DNA of 64,000 bases from an uncultured Anaerolineae bacterium (GCA_964390105.1 CAYMGV010000004.1:3951-67950), one strand, 5' to 3'; numbered from the stretch's first letter, positions 48,373 through 59,553 are shown. Notes: a model not told the origin generated them from the sequence alone. Made by a program: numbers and translations.

Positions 48373-49602
48373 CTACTTATCGTCCGTTTCCTGTTCTAAC
48401 AGGCCCGGCAGAGAAAGGCGGGTTTCCGTTGATCTGTCTTCCGCTGCGGCCACCTGCCCTCGAATCTGGCTGTCATCATCTTCCGGTTGGCTGAGTTCCA
48501 GCCCCTTCTGCGTAAAGCCGATGCGCTTTCGTTCCGGCTCAATTGAAACGACTTCCATCTTCACGGTATCACCACGCTTGACGTAGGAATGCGGCTCAGA
48601 GAGAGAGCCGTCGGCCATCTCTGTAACGTGCAGCAGCCCTTCGATGCCATCCGGCAGCACCACAAAAGCCCCGAAATCCACAACATTACTGACGGCACCT
48701 TCAACGATCTGCCCTATCTCGTAGGTCCCCAACACCACATCCCACGGGTCAGGATAGGTACGGCGCAGGCTGAGGGCGATGCGCTGATTATCGCGATCAA
48801 GCTCCAGAACGTAAACCGTTACCTCGTCATTGATCTTGACGACATCAGATGGATGTGGGACGCGATGCCACGCCAGTTCAGAGACATGCACTAAGCCGTC
48901 CGCACCGCCAAGGTCCACGAAGATGCCGAAATCGCGGATACCCGTCACCTTGCCGGTGATGATATCGCCTTCGTTGAGCGCCTTGATCAACTCTGATTTC
49001 TGCTGCGTGCGCCATTCACGTTGAGCCTCACGCTGGGAGAGGATCAGACGGCGACGACGCTGGTTAACCTCGATGACCTTGACATTGACCGTATTGCCCA
49101 TGATTGCCTCATAGGCCGCGCGCATCTCATCACCACGCAGGCTGGAGTCCACATCAACCAGGTGGGAGTTGGGGATGAAACCCTCCATCTCGCCGAACTG
49201 CACCAGCGCCCCACCCTGGTTGTATCCCGTGAGGGTTACATCGGCCAGTTCCCCCGATTCAAGGAGTTCGGCAGCACGTTCCCAGTCACTGGCCTGACGC
49301 CCCAGGTTCAGGGATACCAGCAGATTGCCGTCCTTGTCGTTGGGGTTCAGCACATAGACAGGCACCACATCGCCGACACGCAGCTTTTTTACGAAGGTCG
49401 GGTCAAGCCGTTCGATATCCGCTGCGGGGACGATGCCGTCTCGCTTCACCCCGAGGTCCACCACGATCTCGAAGGAATCTACCATTAGAATCTCGGCATC
49501 ACGGATGTCTCCGCGCTCCGGTTCATCAAAGTCATAGTAATTGTTTAACAGCTCTTCAAAGCTTTCCATCGTTGCACCTGATTCTGCGGATTGGTCCATC
49601 AC
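48373..49602 (-). CDS. rpsA: 30S ribosomal protein S1 or S1 paralog (four S1 domains)
   Basis: Repeated S1 motifs GFIPNSHL, FGIFVDLGGADGLVHVSEL, FGAFV..EGLLHVTE. Confidence 0.85.
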   Translation of the reverse strand: MMDQSAESGATMESFEELLNNYYDFDEPERGDIRDAEILMVDSFEIVVDLGVKRDGIVPAADIERLDPTFVKKLRVGDVVPVYVLNPNDKDGNLLVSLNLGRQASDWERAAELLESGELADVTLTGYNQGGALVQFGEMEGFIPNSHLVDVDSSLRGDEMRAAYEAIMGNTVNVKVIEVNQRRRRLILSQREAQREWRTQQKSELIKALNEGDIITGKVTGIRDFGIFVDLGGADGLVHVSELAWHRVPHPSDVVKINDEVTVYVLELDRDNQRIALSLRRTYPDPWDVVLGTYEIGQIVEGAVSNVVDFGAFVVLPDGIEGLLHVTEMADGSLSEPHSYVKRGDTVKMEVVSIEPERKRIGFTQKGLELSQPEDDDSQIRGQVAAAEDRSTETRLSLPGLLEQETDDK

Positions 49603-49895
49603 AGTACCTTTCCAGGATTGTATTCCAGCAGATAACCTGCCGTATCCGAATTGGCTCTCATTGATCGATCTCTTTTCGAAACAGGGTGTTACGGCCCTAT
49701 CCGGTCAAAGCCAATTATGGAGTCATATTCTCTTATTTTAAGTGTATCAATATCTGGGGATTCGTCAATAAGAATTACATACATCTTTTTTATTATCGTC
49801 GCCGGGACGTGCCCCGATGCACCATTGTCGGTTAGGGAGCAATACGGTATGTTCTGTGCAACTATTCTAACCACCTCACCCGAAGGGTGTGTTCA

Positions 49896-51239
49896 ATGTC
49901 TGCCACTATCCCCGTACCGGATTCCGAATCCGGGCTGGCCGCCCTGCAAGCCATGCGGCAACAAGGTCATATCCTTGCCGCGCTGGAGACCTTTCACGCC
50001 CGGCTGGGCAATGTATTTCAGATCAATCTGCCCGGCTTCAAGCCGGTGATGCTGGTCGGCCCGGAGGCCGCACGCTTTGTGCTGGTGACGGGGCGCGATC
50101 AGTTTGCGTGGCGCAACGAAACCGACCCGGTAACAACCCTGCTTCAACGCGGCGTGCTGGTGGTTGATGGAGAGGAACACGACGGCTATCGTGGCACCAT
50201 GACCCCGGCCCTGCACAAACGGATGCTAAATCGCTATGTGGGGCACATGGTCAGCGCAACCGATGAAATCATCACAACATGGGGCGATGGTGAGGTGGTC
50301 GATATGCTGGTCGAGATGCGCAAAATCGCGCTGCTGATCATCATGCGCAGCCTGAACTCGGTGGGTTTTTCCAGCGATATGCCGCGATTATGGGACGCGA
50401 TCCTCAAGAGTATTGAATACATCTCACCGGGCGCATGGCTGATCTGGCCGGGCGCGCCACGCTTTGGCTACCAGAAACACCTTGATCGCCTGAATGGCTA
50501 TCTGTTCGAGATGATCGCGCATCGACGCGCCAACCCGGTTGAGGACACCGACCTGTTGAGTGACCTGATCGCCAGTGGGCTGGATGACCAGCGCATTCGC
50601 GATCAGATTCTGACCATGATCATCGCCGGGCATGATACCAGCACTGCCAACCTGGCTTGGTCGCACTATCTGCTAGGTATGCATCGTGATGCGTTGATGA
50701 AACTGGTTGAGGAAGTCGATACGGTGCTGGGCGATGACGCGCCTACCATCGATAACATCGCTGACCTGACCTATACGGGGCAGGTCAGCGATGAAGCCCT
50801 GCGCCTGTATCCGCCCATCCACCTGGGCAATCGCAAGGCCAAAGCAGACATCGCGTTTGGTGAGTTTATGATCCCGGCAGACACTCGCGTGATCTATTCG
50901 ATTTACCTGACCCACCGCCACCCCGAATACTGGGATGCCCCAGCAGAGTTCAGGCCGGAACGCTTTGAAGCCGGTCAGCGTCCCACGCCCTACAGTTATC
51001 TGCCGTTTGGCGGTGGCCCGCGAAACTGCATTGGCGGAGCATTTGCCCAGGTTGAATCGAAAGTGGTGCTGAGCCGCATCATGCAGCAGGCCGACCTGAC
51101 GCTGGAGATGGGCCGCCGTATCGTGCCATCTATGGGAGCCACGCTTGAACCACGGCCCGGCGTCCCGATGCGCGTGCATAAACGAGGGTCATTCAGCGCA
51201 GTACACGCACCATCAGGCCGTCTTTCAACTCCCCGATGA
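49896..51239 (+). CDS. Cytochrome P450
   Basis: AGHDTS I-helix, EALR, PERF, heme motif FGGGPRNCIG. Confidence 0.96.
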   Translation: MSATIPVPDSESGLAALQAMRQQGHILAALETFHARLGNVFQINLPGFKPVMLVGPEAARFVLVTGRDQFAWRNETDPVTTLLQRGVLVVDGEEHDGYRGTMTPALHKRMLNRYVGHMVSATDEIITTWGDGEVVDMLVEMRKIALLIIMRSLNSVGFSSDMPRLWDAILKSIEYISPGAWLIWPGAPRFGYQKHLDRLNGYLFEMIAHRRANPVEDTDLLSDLIASGLDDQRIRDQILTMIIAGHDTSTANLAWSHYLLGMHRDALMKLVEEVDTVLGDDAPTIDNIADLTYTGQVSDEALRLYPPIHLGNRKAKADIAFGEFMIPADTRVIYSIYLTHRHPEYWDAPAEFRPERFEAGQRPTPYSYLPFGGGPRNCIGGAFAQVESKVVLSRIMQQADLTLEMGRRIVPSMGATLEPRPGVPMRVHKRGSFSAVHAPSGRLSTPR

Positions 51240-51531
51240 TATCCTGAATACGCGGCTGCGCGTCGTCGGTAGTAATAACCTGGTTGGCATTATGCTCATC
51301 AGCAAACGCGCGAATCTCGGTTACAGCCTCGCCCTCGCGGATGGTGATCGGCAGTGCCGCCAATCCTTCACACAGGTTGCTTATCCCAGACAGTGCCATA
51401 CCTCGGCTCCTCATCAGCTTGTGATCAATCACGAACACAGCAGGAACGTTTGGGTACTGGATCAGCGCTGGATGATCTGCCCCGACATGATAACCATGAA
51501 GCCAGGCAACAGGCTTTAATCCGCTGGGCAT
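51193..51531 (-). CDS. Small protein resembling a stand-alone photolyase N-terminal (alpha/beta) domain
   Basis: VAWLHG..DHPAL..PAVFVID..LPITIREG..FA..HNA..VIT pattern; GGAGG RBS; overlaps the P450 3' end by 47 bp. Confidence 0.72.
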   Translation of the reverse strand: MPSGLKPVAWLHGYHVGADHPALIQYPNVPAVFVIDHKLMRSRGMALSGISNLCEGLAALPITIREGEAVTEIRAFADEHNANQVITTDDAQPRIQDIIGELKDGLMVRVLR

Positions 51532-51656
51532 CGCACGTTCCTCCATATTCAAAAAGCCGCTGAAGTATAACCCGCATGAATTTCTCCATCAGCGCTGTAT
51601 ACTCAACACAGTATATTGTGCTTCTTATCGCAATGATAACCCGTAAAGGAACCTTT

Positions 51657-52388
51657 GTGGCAGCCCCCTCCCCCCACACCCAGACAGCACCCCGTACCGA
51701 TGACGGGGCTTTTATACGAATTGAGAATCTGGCCAAGAGTTACATGGAAGGCGGACGGCAGCGCGTTGTCCTGAAAGACGCCTGCGCCAGCCTTGATCGG
51801 GGTGAATTTGTCGCCATTCTCGGCAAGAGCGGATCGGGTAAAAGTACGCTGCTCAACCTGATCAGCGGTATTGATGACGTGGAAAGCGGCAAGATATGGG
51901 TCGATGGGCGTGAACTGACCGGCATGGGCGAACGCGCCCGCACCCTGTTCCGCCGCGAACACATCGGATTCGTGTTCCAGTTCTTCAACCTGATCCCGAC
52001 GCTGACCGTGTGGGAGAATGTCGTGCTGCCGCTGGAACTGGGCGGTGCGCTGACTGCCGCAGGCCGCGCCAGCGCCGAGGCACTGCTGAACGAGGTTGGA
52101 CTGCTGGATCGGCGCGAGGCCTATCCCGACCGCCTCTCCGGCGGGGAGCAGCAGCGCATCGCCATCGCACGGGCGCTGGTCCATGACCCGCTGCTGGTTC
52201 TGGCCGATGAACCAACCGGCAACCTCGACGAGAAGACGGGGAAAACCATCCTTGACCTGCTCGACCGGCTCACCCGGCAGGCGGGCAAGAACATGCTGAT
52301 GGTGACCCACAGCACCGATGCCGCTGCCTATGCCGACCGCGTGCTGTGCCTGCAAAACGGCCAGTTCGACGGGTGCCAGCCCTCATGA
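51657..52388 (+). CDS. ABC transporter ATP-binding protein (LolD/MacB-like)
   Basis: [39 protein letters not shown] before GTG. Confidence 0.95.
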   Translation: MAAPSPHTQTAPRTDDGAFIRIENLAKSYMEGGRQRVVLKDACASLDRGEFVAILGKSGSGKSTLLNLISGIDDVESGKIWVDGRELTGMGERARTLFRREHIGFVFQFFNLIPTLTVWENVVLPLELGGALTAAGRASAEALLNEVGLLDRREAYPDRLSGGEQQRIAIARALVHDPLLVLADEPTGNLDEKTGKTILDLLDRLTRQAGKNMLMVTHSTDAAAYADRVLCLQNGQFDGCQPS

Positions 52389-54955
52389 CCAACCGCAACC
52401 ACTTCCCCGGAACCTTATGGAACGTTGGCTGGCGCTACCTGCTGCGCCACCCGTGGCAAACCATCCTGATGGTGGTCGGCATCATGCTGGGCGTGGCTGT
52501 GGTCATCTCCATCGACCTCGCCAACACCAGCGCCAGCCGTGCCTTTGACCTCAGCGTCGAGTCAATTGCCGGGCGCGCCACCCACCAGATCAGCGGGCCA
52601 CCGGGCGGCTTCTCTGATGCGGTCTATACCGATTTGCGCCGCACCGGGGTTAATGTGGCAACCGCACCCATCATAACCGAATACGTGACCAGTGACGCAT
52701 TAGGTGGCCAGACACTGCAACTGCTGGGTGTTGACCCGTTTGCCGAGACCCCTTTCCGGGATTACCTGGCAAGTGATGAGGGCGTCCCGGTGGCTCAGCT
52801 TGCGGTATTTTTCAGCCAGCCGGGGGCCTTGTTGATCTCCAGCGACCTCGCAGACACCTACGATCTGGCGCAGGGTGACGGTATCATGCTGATGGTCGGT
52901 GGGCGTGACCAACCTGCCTTCATCGCGGGCGTACTGGAACCGCGCGACAGACTCAGCCGCCGGGCGCTTAACGGCCTGATCCTTGCTGACATCAGCACTG
53001 CGCAGGAACTCACCGGGCGAATCGGCAGGCTGGATCGGGTTGATCTGTTGATCCCGGAAAGCGACATCGCCAGCATTGATCAAATCGATGTAATGCTGCC
53101 CGCTGACCTGCGTATCTCGGAAGTGTCCGCCCGGTCTGGCGCGGTCGAGCAAATGACGAGCGCCTTCCGCACCAACCTGCTGGCACTCAGCCTATTGGCG
53201 CTGGTGGTCGGCATGTTCCTGATCTACAACACGATGACCTTCTCCGTCGTGCAGCGCCGTGCCCTGTTCGGTACGCTGCGCTGCCTCGGTGTGACGCGCC
53301 GCGAGGTGTTCATCATGGTTGTCGGCGAGGCCGCCCTCGTCGGCCTGATCGGCTCACTGCTGGGCGCTGCGCTCGGCATCGCGATGGGGCAGGGTGCGGT
53401 CAATGCCGTCACCCGTACCATCAACGACCTGTTCTTTGTGTTGACGGTCAAGGGTGTCGCTATCCCGGTGGAAAGCGTCCTTAAGGGATTGGGCCTCGGC
53501 GTGGTAATGACGGTTGCAACCGCCGCCATGCCCGCCCTCGAAGCGGCATCGGTGCCGCCGCGTGCTGCGCTGTCCCGGTCGGGGCTGGAAAGTAAAGCTG
53601 ATCAGGTGGTGATATGGGTATCAGTAGCCGGGCTGGCGCTGTTCCTGCTGGGCGGCGGTGTGCTGATGCTTCCCATCCCGGACCTCACCGTCAGTTTCCT
53701 TGCAACCTTCCTCGTCATCGTCGGGCTGGCGATGCTGACCCCGATGGCAATGCGCATCTTCCTGGCCGCCGCCGCGCCGCTGATGGGCCGGTTTATTGGG
53801 CTGTTGGGCCGCATGGCCCCACGTGATATCATCGGCTCGATCAGCCGCACTTCGATTGCGGTGGCCGCGCTGATGGTGGCCGTCTCCGTCACGATTGGTA
53901 TCAATGTGATGGTCAACAGCTTCCGCCATACCGTCGTGATCTGGCTGGAGCAGACCCTTGTGGGCGATGTGTACCTCAACGTACCGGGCGGCACGCAGGT
54001 CTCGCCCAGCGGCTTGATCGACCCGGCAGTGTTAACTCTTGTCAGCGATTGGCCGGGTGTCGAGGCCGTCGATACGGTTCGCGCCGTCGAGGTCGAATCA
54101 CCGGATGGGCCGGTGCATGTCGTGGCGATCAATGCCCCCAACACAGGCACCGACCGCCTGTTTCTTGAGCAGCAGGGCAGCCCGGATGCCCTGTGGGATC
54201 GTATGGAACGCGGCGAAGCTGTCACCGTATCAGAGCCGTTTGCGCGTAACCGCGATGTGTTCAGCGGCGATACACTGACCCTGTATACCAACGACGGCCC
54301 GCATACCTTCGAGGTAGTGGGCGTTTATTACGATTACGGGCGTGTATCGGGCAGTATCACGATGCCGCAGTCCGTATACCGTGATCTATGGGATGACCCG
54401 TCGATCACAGCCGTGTCACTGGACCTGGCTGACGGCATCGACCCGGATATGGTGGCAGAAGAACTTCAAATCGAACTCGCCCCGGTACAGGACCTGCTGA
54501 TCCGGCCTAACCGTGCGCTGCGTGAAGACGTCCTCGTGATCTTTGACCAGACTTTCGCCATCACCGGGGCACTCAACCTGCTGGCGACCGTCGTGGCATT
54601 TGTGGGCGTGCTCAGTACGCTGCTATCCCTTCAGCTTGAGAAGGGACGCCAGCTTGGTATCCTGCGGGCCATCGGCCTGACGACAGCACAGGTGCGCGGG
54701 CTGGTGATGCTGGAAACCGGGCTGATGGGCCTGATCGCAGGGGTGCTGTCGATGCCGACTGGTTACGTCCTCTCACTGATACTCGTATACATCATCAACC
54801 GCCGCTCGTTCGGCTGGACGCTGCAAATGCAGGTTATCCCCGCTCCGTTCTTACAGGCGCTGGCGGTGGCTGTGGTCGCTGCGCTTTTGGCCGGGATATA
54901 CCCCGCCATCCGGATGGGGCGCATGGTGACCGCCAATGCTATCCGATTCGAGTAA
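52385..54955 (+). CDS. FtsX/MacB-type ABC permease with two repeats (AttF/G-like)
   Basis: Two MacB_PCD plus FtsX halves ([23 protein letters not shown]); ATGA overlap with the ATPase gene. Confidence 0.92.
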   Translation: MTNRNHFPGTLWNVGWRYLLRHPWQTILMVVGIMLGVAVVISIDLANTSASRAFDLSVESIAGRATHQISGPPGGFSDAVYTDLRRTGVNVATAPIITEYVTSDALGGQTLQLLGVDPFAETPFRDYLASDEGVPVAQLAVFFSQPGALLISSDLADTYDLAQGDGIMLMVGGRDQPAFIAGVLEPRDRLSRRALNGLILADISTAQELTGRIGRLDRVDLLIPESDIASIDQIDVMLPADLRISEVSARSGAVEQMTSAFRTNLLALSLLALVVGMFLIYNTMTFSVVQRRALFGTLRCLGVTRREVFIMVVGEAALVGLIGSLLGAALGIAMGQGAVNAVTRTINDLFFVLTVKGVAIPVESVLKGLGLGVVMTVATAAMPALEAASVPPRAALSRSGLESKADQVVIWVSVAGLALFLLGGGVLMLPIPDLTVSFLATFLVIVGLAMLTPMAMRIFLAAAAPLMGRFIGLLGRMAPRDIIGSISRTSIAVAALMVAVSVTIGINVMVNSFRHTVVIWLEQTLVGDVYLNVPGGTQVSPSGLIDPAVLTLVSDWPGVEAVDTVRAVEVESPDGPVHVVAINAPNTGTDRLFLEQQGSPDALWDRMERGEAVTVSEPFARNRDVFSGDTLTLYTNDGPHTFEVVGVYYDYGRVSGSITMPQSVYRDLWDDPSITAVSLDLADGIDPDMVAEELQIELAPVQDLLIRPNRALREDVLVIFDQTFAITGALNLLATVVAFVGVLSTLLSLQLEKGRQLGILRAIGLTTAQVRGLVMLETGLMGLIAGVLSMPTGYVLSLILVYIINRRSFGWTLQMQVIPAPFLQALAVAVVAALLAGIYPAIRMGRMVTANAIRFE

Positions 54956-55069
54956 GTGTGGCATGGTCATCAGGGTGTTGAATTTAACGTGACGTTCTCG
55001 CTAGACTCTGTTGTACGTCAATCGAGTTGATGCCAGGTGGATCGACTTATCCTTTTGAGGCACAGACAG

Positions 55070-55822
55070 ATGTCAGCAACCGTGCAGGACTACATCCTAC
55101 ATCATGTGAAGCGACTTGTCGGGCACAAGTTGTTCCAGGATTTCATGCACGTGATGTATGCTAAACGGCGCATACTATGTACCAAACTGCTGGTCATGGG
55201 TGCCCGCGATCAGAAGGCCCGCCGCGAAGCCCGCGCCATCTTTGCCCGGCATCAAAAGGCACTGCCCGTCGATCATCCCGACGCCCGCCTGATTGAGAGC
55301 CTGCTCAGTATCGACCGCCAAAACGCCCGGCATCTTAAGCGCATCATCCAGCTCTATGGCTGGCCCGCCCGCTCCGAGGTCGGTGACCGGGCATCCCATG
55401 CCGCGTGGCTGATCGCACATCATGCCGACCATGATCACATGTTTCAGCGCATGTGCCTGGAGAAGATCAGGATCGCCGTACAAAATAACGAGGCCCACGC
55501 AAGGGACATGGCTTATCTCACCGACAAGGTACTGGTGGCCGAGGGGCGACGCCAGGTATACGGCACGCAGGTCTTCGATACACGCAGCCTCGAAATGCTG
55601 TACAAATTAAGTGGTAAAGAACTCGAAGATGCCATGGCACGCATCGCCCACGGTATAAACCGCTCGGAACCTCTACAACCGCTGCCAATCGATGACATTG
55701 ATCACGTGGACCGGCGTCGTGCCGAGGTCGGCCTGCCACCACTGCGGGCCTACATCATCCAGATCAACCGCAAGGTTAATGCCGGGCAGTGCAATCCCCC
55801 ACATCACCAGGACATAATCTGA
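55070..55822 (+). CDS. DUF6624-like protein
   Basis: RDQ..R, ID..N..LK.II..YGWP..VG..AWLI.HHAD, AYLTDK, QVYGTQ, VDRRRAEVGLPPL. Confidence 0.78.
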   Translation: MSATVQDYILHHVKRLVGHKLFQDFMHVMYAKRRILCTKLLVMGARDQKARREARAIFARHQKALPVDHPDARLIESLLSIDRQNARHLKRIIQLYGWPARSEVGDRASHAAWLIAHHADHDHMFQRMCLEKIRIAVQNNEAHARDMAYLTDKVLVAEGRRQVYGTQVFDTRSLEMLYKLSGKELEDAMARIAHGINRSEPLQPLPIDDIDHVDRRRAEVGLPPLRAYIIQINRKVNAGQCNPPHHQDII

Positions 55823-55856
55823 ATACCTGCCTCGTCATCGATTGAAAGGGACTCCT

Positions 55857-57023
55857 GTGCATCGTTCTAATGGATGGATCGTGATTGCTGTGCTTGCCCT
55901 GGCTGCTGTGGTGGCCGCCGCAGGGTTTCTCACCAGTACGCCAGATCAGGCCGTCGAAGCCCGGATATCCGTCGCAGTTGCAGATGCAACCGGTTTCGAA
56001 CGTGCCGACGGTCCGCGACCACTGACGTTCCCTGAAGCCCACGGCCCACACCCTGATTTCCAAACCGAGTGGTGGTACTTCACCGGCAATCTCAGTGATG
56101 ACGCCGGGAATCGCTATGGCTACCAGTTCACGATCTTCCGCCGTGCCCTGACCCCGCCCGGCGACCGGGCCGAACGCGCCTCCGACTGGAGCGCGGACCA
56201 GGTCTATATGGCGCACTTCACCCTCACCGATGCCAGCCGCGACTCCCACCAGGCCTTTGAACGCTACAGCCGGGGCGCTGCCGGGCTGGCCGGCGCGCAG
56301 GCCGCGCCGTTCTCGGTCTGGCTGGAAGATTGGCAGGTCACAGAGGTTGACACCGATACATGGCACATCAGCGCAGCGCAGGACGGCTACCAACTGGAAC
56401 TGGATGTGACCCGTACCAAGCCGCCCGCGCTGCAAGGCGATCAGGGCTACAGCCAAAAGGGGGAAGCCCCCGGCAACGCCTCGTATTATTACAGCCTGAC
56501 ACGCATGGCAAGCGTCGGCACCCTGATCTTTGACGGATATCAGGCCGCTGTGGAAGGCTGGAGCTGGATGGACCATGAATACAGCACCAGTGCATTGAGT
56601 GAAGGCCAGATCGGCTGGGACTGGTTTTCGCTGCAATTGGATGACAATACCGAGATCATGCTGTACTATGTGCGGCGTGAGGACGGCAGCGTCGATCCAC
56701 TGTCAAAAGGGTCGTTCATCACATCTGATGGGGAAACCAACCTGATCACCTATGCCGGGGGCGACTTCCGCATCGAGGTGCTGGACACCTGGACCAGCGA
56801 CTATTCCGGTGGCAGGTATCCGGTTGAGTGGCGTGTGACTCTACCGGGCCAGGACCTCGACCTGACGATCACGGCCTTGGTCGATGCACAGGAAAACACG
56901 CTGTCATTTGCCTACTGGGAAGGCGCAGTAGAGATCAGTGGCAGCAGAGACGGTGAGATAATCAGCGGCTACGGCTACGTCGAGATGACGGGTTACGCCA
57001 CCTCCATGGCAGGACAATTCTAA
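55857..57023 (+). CDS. AttH/CrtC-like lipocalin-fold secreted protein
   Basis: HGPHPDFQTEWWYFTGNL, ASYYYS, WMDHE, GWDWF, YWEG, GYVEMTGY. Confidence 0.9.
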   Translation: MHRSNGWIVIAVLALAAVVAAAGFLTSTPDQAVEARISVAVADATGFERADGPRPLTFPEAHGPHPDFQTEWWYFTGNLSDDAGNRYGYQFTIFRRALTPPGDRAERASDWSADQVYMAHFTLTDASRDSHQAFERYSRGAAGLAGAQAAPFSVWLEDWQVTEVDTDTWHISAAQDGYQLELDVTRTKPPALQGDQGYSQKGEAPGNASYYYSLTRMASVGTLIFDGYQAAVEGWSWMDHEYSTSALSEGQIGWDWFSLQLDDNTEIMLYYVRREDGSVDPLSKGSFITSDGETNLITYAGGDFRIEVLDTWTSDYSGGRYPVEWRVTLPGQDLDLTITALVDAQENTLSFAYWEGAVEISGSRDGEIISGYGYVEMTGYATSMAGQF

Positions 57024-58036
57024 TGGATGCACAATCCCCTACCCCGAAGAAACGCCGCAGCCTGCGCATCGCAGCCGGGATCATCGGTGCAGTGATTGCT
57101 GTGGTTGTGATCGGACCGCTGGTGATCCCGATCCCACCACTGACCGGCACCGTACCGCCGGAAGACCTCGCGCGTGAGGGAAGCACTTTCCTGCCGCTGG
57201 ATGATGGCGCTGTGACCCTGCATCTCACGGATCGGGGCGATGGCCCTGCCGTGGTGCTGCTGCATGGCTTTACCTACAACGCTGCCACATGGCGCTTCCT
57301 TGAAGATGACCTTGAGAATTCCTACCGCGTTCTGTCGGTGGATCGCCCCGGTTCAGGTCTGACACGCGTCCATGATGAAACCGCCAACAGGCTTAACCCA
57401 TATAGCAACGCCGGGCAGGCCGCCCTGATCATTGAGATGCTGGACAAACTGGGCATCGATCAGGCTGTGCTGGTCGGCAACTCTGCCGGGGGTGGCATCG
57501 CGCTGATGACCGCATTGGAATACCCGGATCGCGTTACCGGGCTGGTGCTGGTCGATGCGGCGATCTACACCGAAGGCGGCGCACCTCCGTTCATCAAGCC
57601 GCTGTTCGACACCGCGCAAATGGACCGCATCGGCCCGCTGCTGATGCGCAGCTTCCCGCTGTGGCGCGAGAACTTCGCAGAGTTGAATTTCACCAGCCCG
57701 GACGCCATCCCTCCCGATTTCTGGAAGACCTACTTCATCACCACGCAGGCTGATGGGTGGGACCACGCATTCTGGGGACTGATGCAAGCCAGCGAACCCC
57801 AGGGGTTACCTGCACGGCTGGATGAAATCACCCAGCCGGTGCTGGTGGTATCGGGCGAGTTGGACGCTGTCATCCCGTTGGAGGAAAGCCTGCAACTGGC
57901 CCGTGATCTACCCGATGCCGGGATCGAGGTGCTGCCCGACTGTGGACACGCCCCACAGGAGCAGTGCCCGAACCTGCTGCTTGACGCCATGCAACCGTAC
58001 CTTGTGCGGGTTACATTACAGCCGGTTAATCCTTAG
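57023..58036 (+). CDS. Membrane-anchored alpha/beta hydrolase
   Basis: LLHGF oxyanion motif, GNSAGG nucleophile, GELD, CGHAPQE; N-terminal TM. Confidence 0.92.
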   Translation: MDAQSPTPKKRRSLRIAAGIIGAVIAVVVIGPLVIPIPPLTGTVPPEDLAREGSTFLPLDDGAVTLHLTDRGDGPAVVLLHGFTYNAATWRFLEDDLENSYRVLSVDRPGSGLTRVHDETANRLNPYSNAGQAALIIEMLDKLGIDQAVLVGNSAGGGIALMTALEYPDRVTGLVLVDAAIYTEGGAPPFIKPLFDTAQMDRIGPLLMRSFPLWRENFAELNFTSPDAIPPDFWKTYFITTQADGWDHAFWGLMQASEPQGLPARLDEITQPVLVVSGELDAVIPLEESLQLARDLPDAGIEVLPDCGHAPQEQCPNLLLDAMQPYLVRVTLQPVNP

Positions 58037-59435
58037 CGGCCTTGTACGCATCCAGTGTACGCTGGCGTGCCTCTTTGTGATCAATAAGCGGAGCCGGGTA
58101 ATCCGGCCCAATCCGCACACCGTGCCTGGCCTGATCCTCCTCGGACATCTCCCACGGCTTGTGGATGTATTTACCGGGCAGCGAAGCCAGTTCTGGCACC
58201 CAGCGGCGCACATAATTACCCCGTGGGTCGTAGCGCTCCCCCTGGCTGACGGGGTTAAATATGCGAAAGTAGGGCGCGGCATCAGTGCCCGTGCCAGCCG
58301 TCCACTGCCAGCCCCCGTTGTTCGAGGCCGGGTCGCCATCGACAAGATGCTGCATAAAGAATTCCTCGCCCCAACGCCAATCGATCAGCAGGTCCTTCAC
58401 CAGGAACGACGCCGTGATCATGCGTGCCCGGTTGTGCATCCAGCCGGTTTCCACCAATTGACGCATCCCGGCATCCACCACCGGGTAACCTGTACGCCCC
58501 TCACACCATGCTTTGAACTGGTCCTCATTGTTGACCCAGTGAATGCGGTCATACCGTGGCCGGAAACTGCCTGAGCGGACATGCGGATAATGCGCAAGGA
58601 TGCTGATGTAGAAATCACGCCAAATCAGTTCACTGAGCCACTTGCGGGCTGATTCCCGTGCCCCTGGGTTAGGGGCATGATCGATGGCGTAGCAGGCAGC
58701 AGCCGCCGCCCGCCGCGCTGAAACCATCCCCCAGCGCAGGTACGGAGAGATCACGGAAGTGCCATCCTCGGCCAGCAGGTCACGACGTTCCCCATAGCGA
58801 TACACCGGGGCATCATCGGTCATCAGAAATGATTGCAACCGCGCGGTGGCCTGCTCCTCACCCGCCGGGAACAGGGGCAGCTCCGCTTGATCGGAGACAT
58901 AAGGCGGGGCCTTGCCGCGTAATCCCAGCGCCGGGATGCTGTCAGGCGGGAACCACAAGTCAGCCTTTGCGAAGGGCGGAAAGGTCAGCCATGTGTTCTG
59001 GAACGGCGTGAAGACGATGTATGGGTCACCGTCATCCTTAAGCACGATACCCGGCGTACGCATCGCAAGGCCGGGCACCAGGGCCAGGGGTAATTCGGCC
59101 TTCACCTGTTCATCACGCCTACGCGCACGGAAGCTGTAATCCTCCTCGGCAAAGATGGCGGTCGCGCCGCTTTCCGCTAACACCGTGCGCAGCACATCCA
59201 ACGGAGGCCCCTCCCGCACCATCAGGCGGCTGCCCCGTTCTCGCAGGTCAGCATCGAGGGCGCGCAGGCCATGTTCCATAAACGTCCAGCGTTTGTCCCC
59301 GGTATAGGGGCTGTGCCTGAAGAACGGATCAAGGACATAAAGCGGGATCACCGCATCGGCACCTGCCAACGCGGACTGCAAGGCGTGGTTATCAATCAGA
59401 CGCAGATCGCGTCGAATCCACCAGATTGCGATCAT
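58026..59435 (-). CDS. phrB: Deoxyribodipyrimidine photolyase (photolyase/cryptochrome family)
   Basis: WWIRRDLRLIDN, TSVISPYLRWG, ELIWRDFY, GWMHNRARM, NNGGWQW, RIFNP. Confidence 0.93.
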   Translation of the reverse strand: MIAIWWIRRDLRLIDNHALQSALAGADAVIPLYVLDPFFRHSPYTGDKRWTFMEHGLRALDADLRERGSRLMVREGPPLDVLRTVLAESGATAIFAEEDYSFRARRRDEQVKAELPLALVPGLAMRTPGIVLKDDGDPYIVFTPFQNTWLTFPPFAKADLWFPPDSIPALGLRGKAPPYVSDQAELPLFPAGEEQATARLQSFLMTDDAPVYRYGERRDLLAEDGTSVISPYLRWGMVSARRAAAAACYAIDHAPNPGARESARKWLSELIWRDFYISILAHYPHVRSGSFRPRYDRIHWVNNEDQFKAWCEGRTGYPVVDAGMRQLVETGWMHNRARMITASFLVKDLLIDWRWGEEFFMQHLVDGDPASNNGGWQWTAGTGTDAAPYFRIFNPVSQGERYDPRGNYVRRWVPELASLPGKYIHKPWEMSEEDQARHGVRIGPDYPAPLIDHKEARQRTLDAYKAAKD

Positions 59436-59553
59436 GTCGGTTCCTCTCGCTGAAATTGTCTATTGATTATGGCGAGCGGCACGGTATTGTTCTACCCGGT
59501 TAATCTTTGCGTAAAAGACGACAGAGACGGTATGATGCAGTTACCTATGGGGA

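Noticed and set aside
49651..49895. ORFs in the AT-rich spacer between the S1 gene and P450
   Set aside because: Atypical composition and no RBS; more likely divergent promoters and the S1 leader
51595..51611. E. coli-type LexA box CTGT...ACAG
   Set aside because: Spacer is 9 bp rather than 8, and this box type is not expected in the inferred lineage
59436..59500. CarH/LitR operator upstream of the photolyase
   Set aside because: Only one TAGACA-like half-site and no 11-bp periodic repeat
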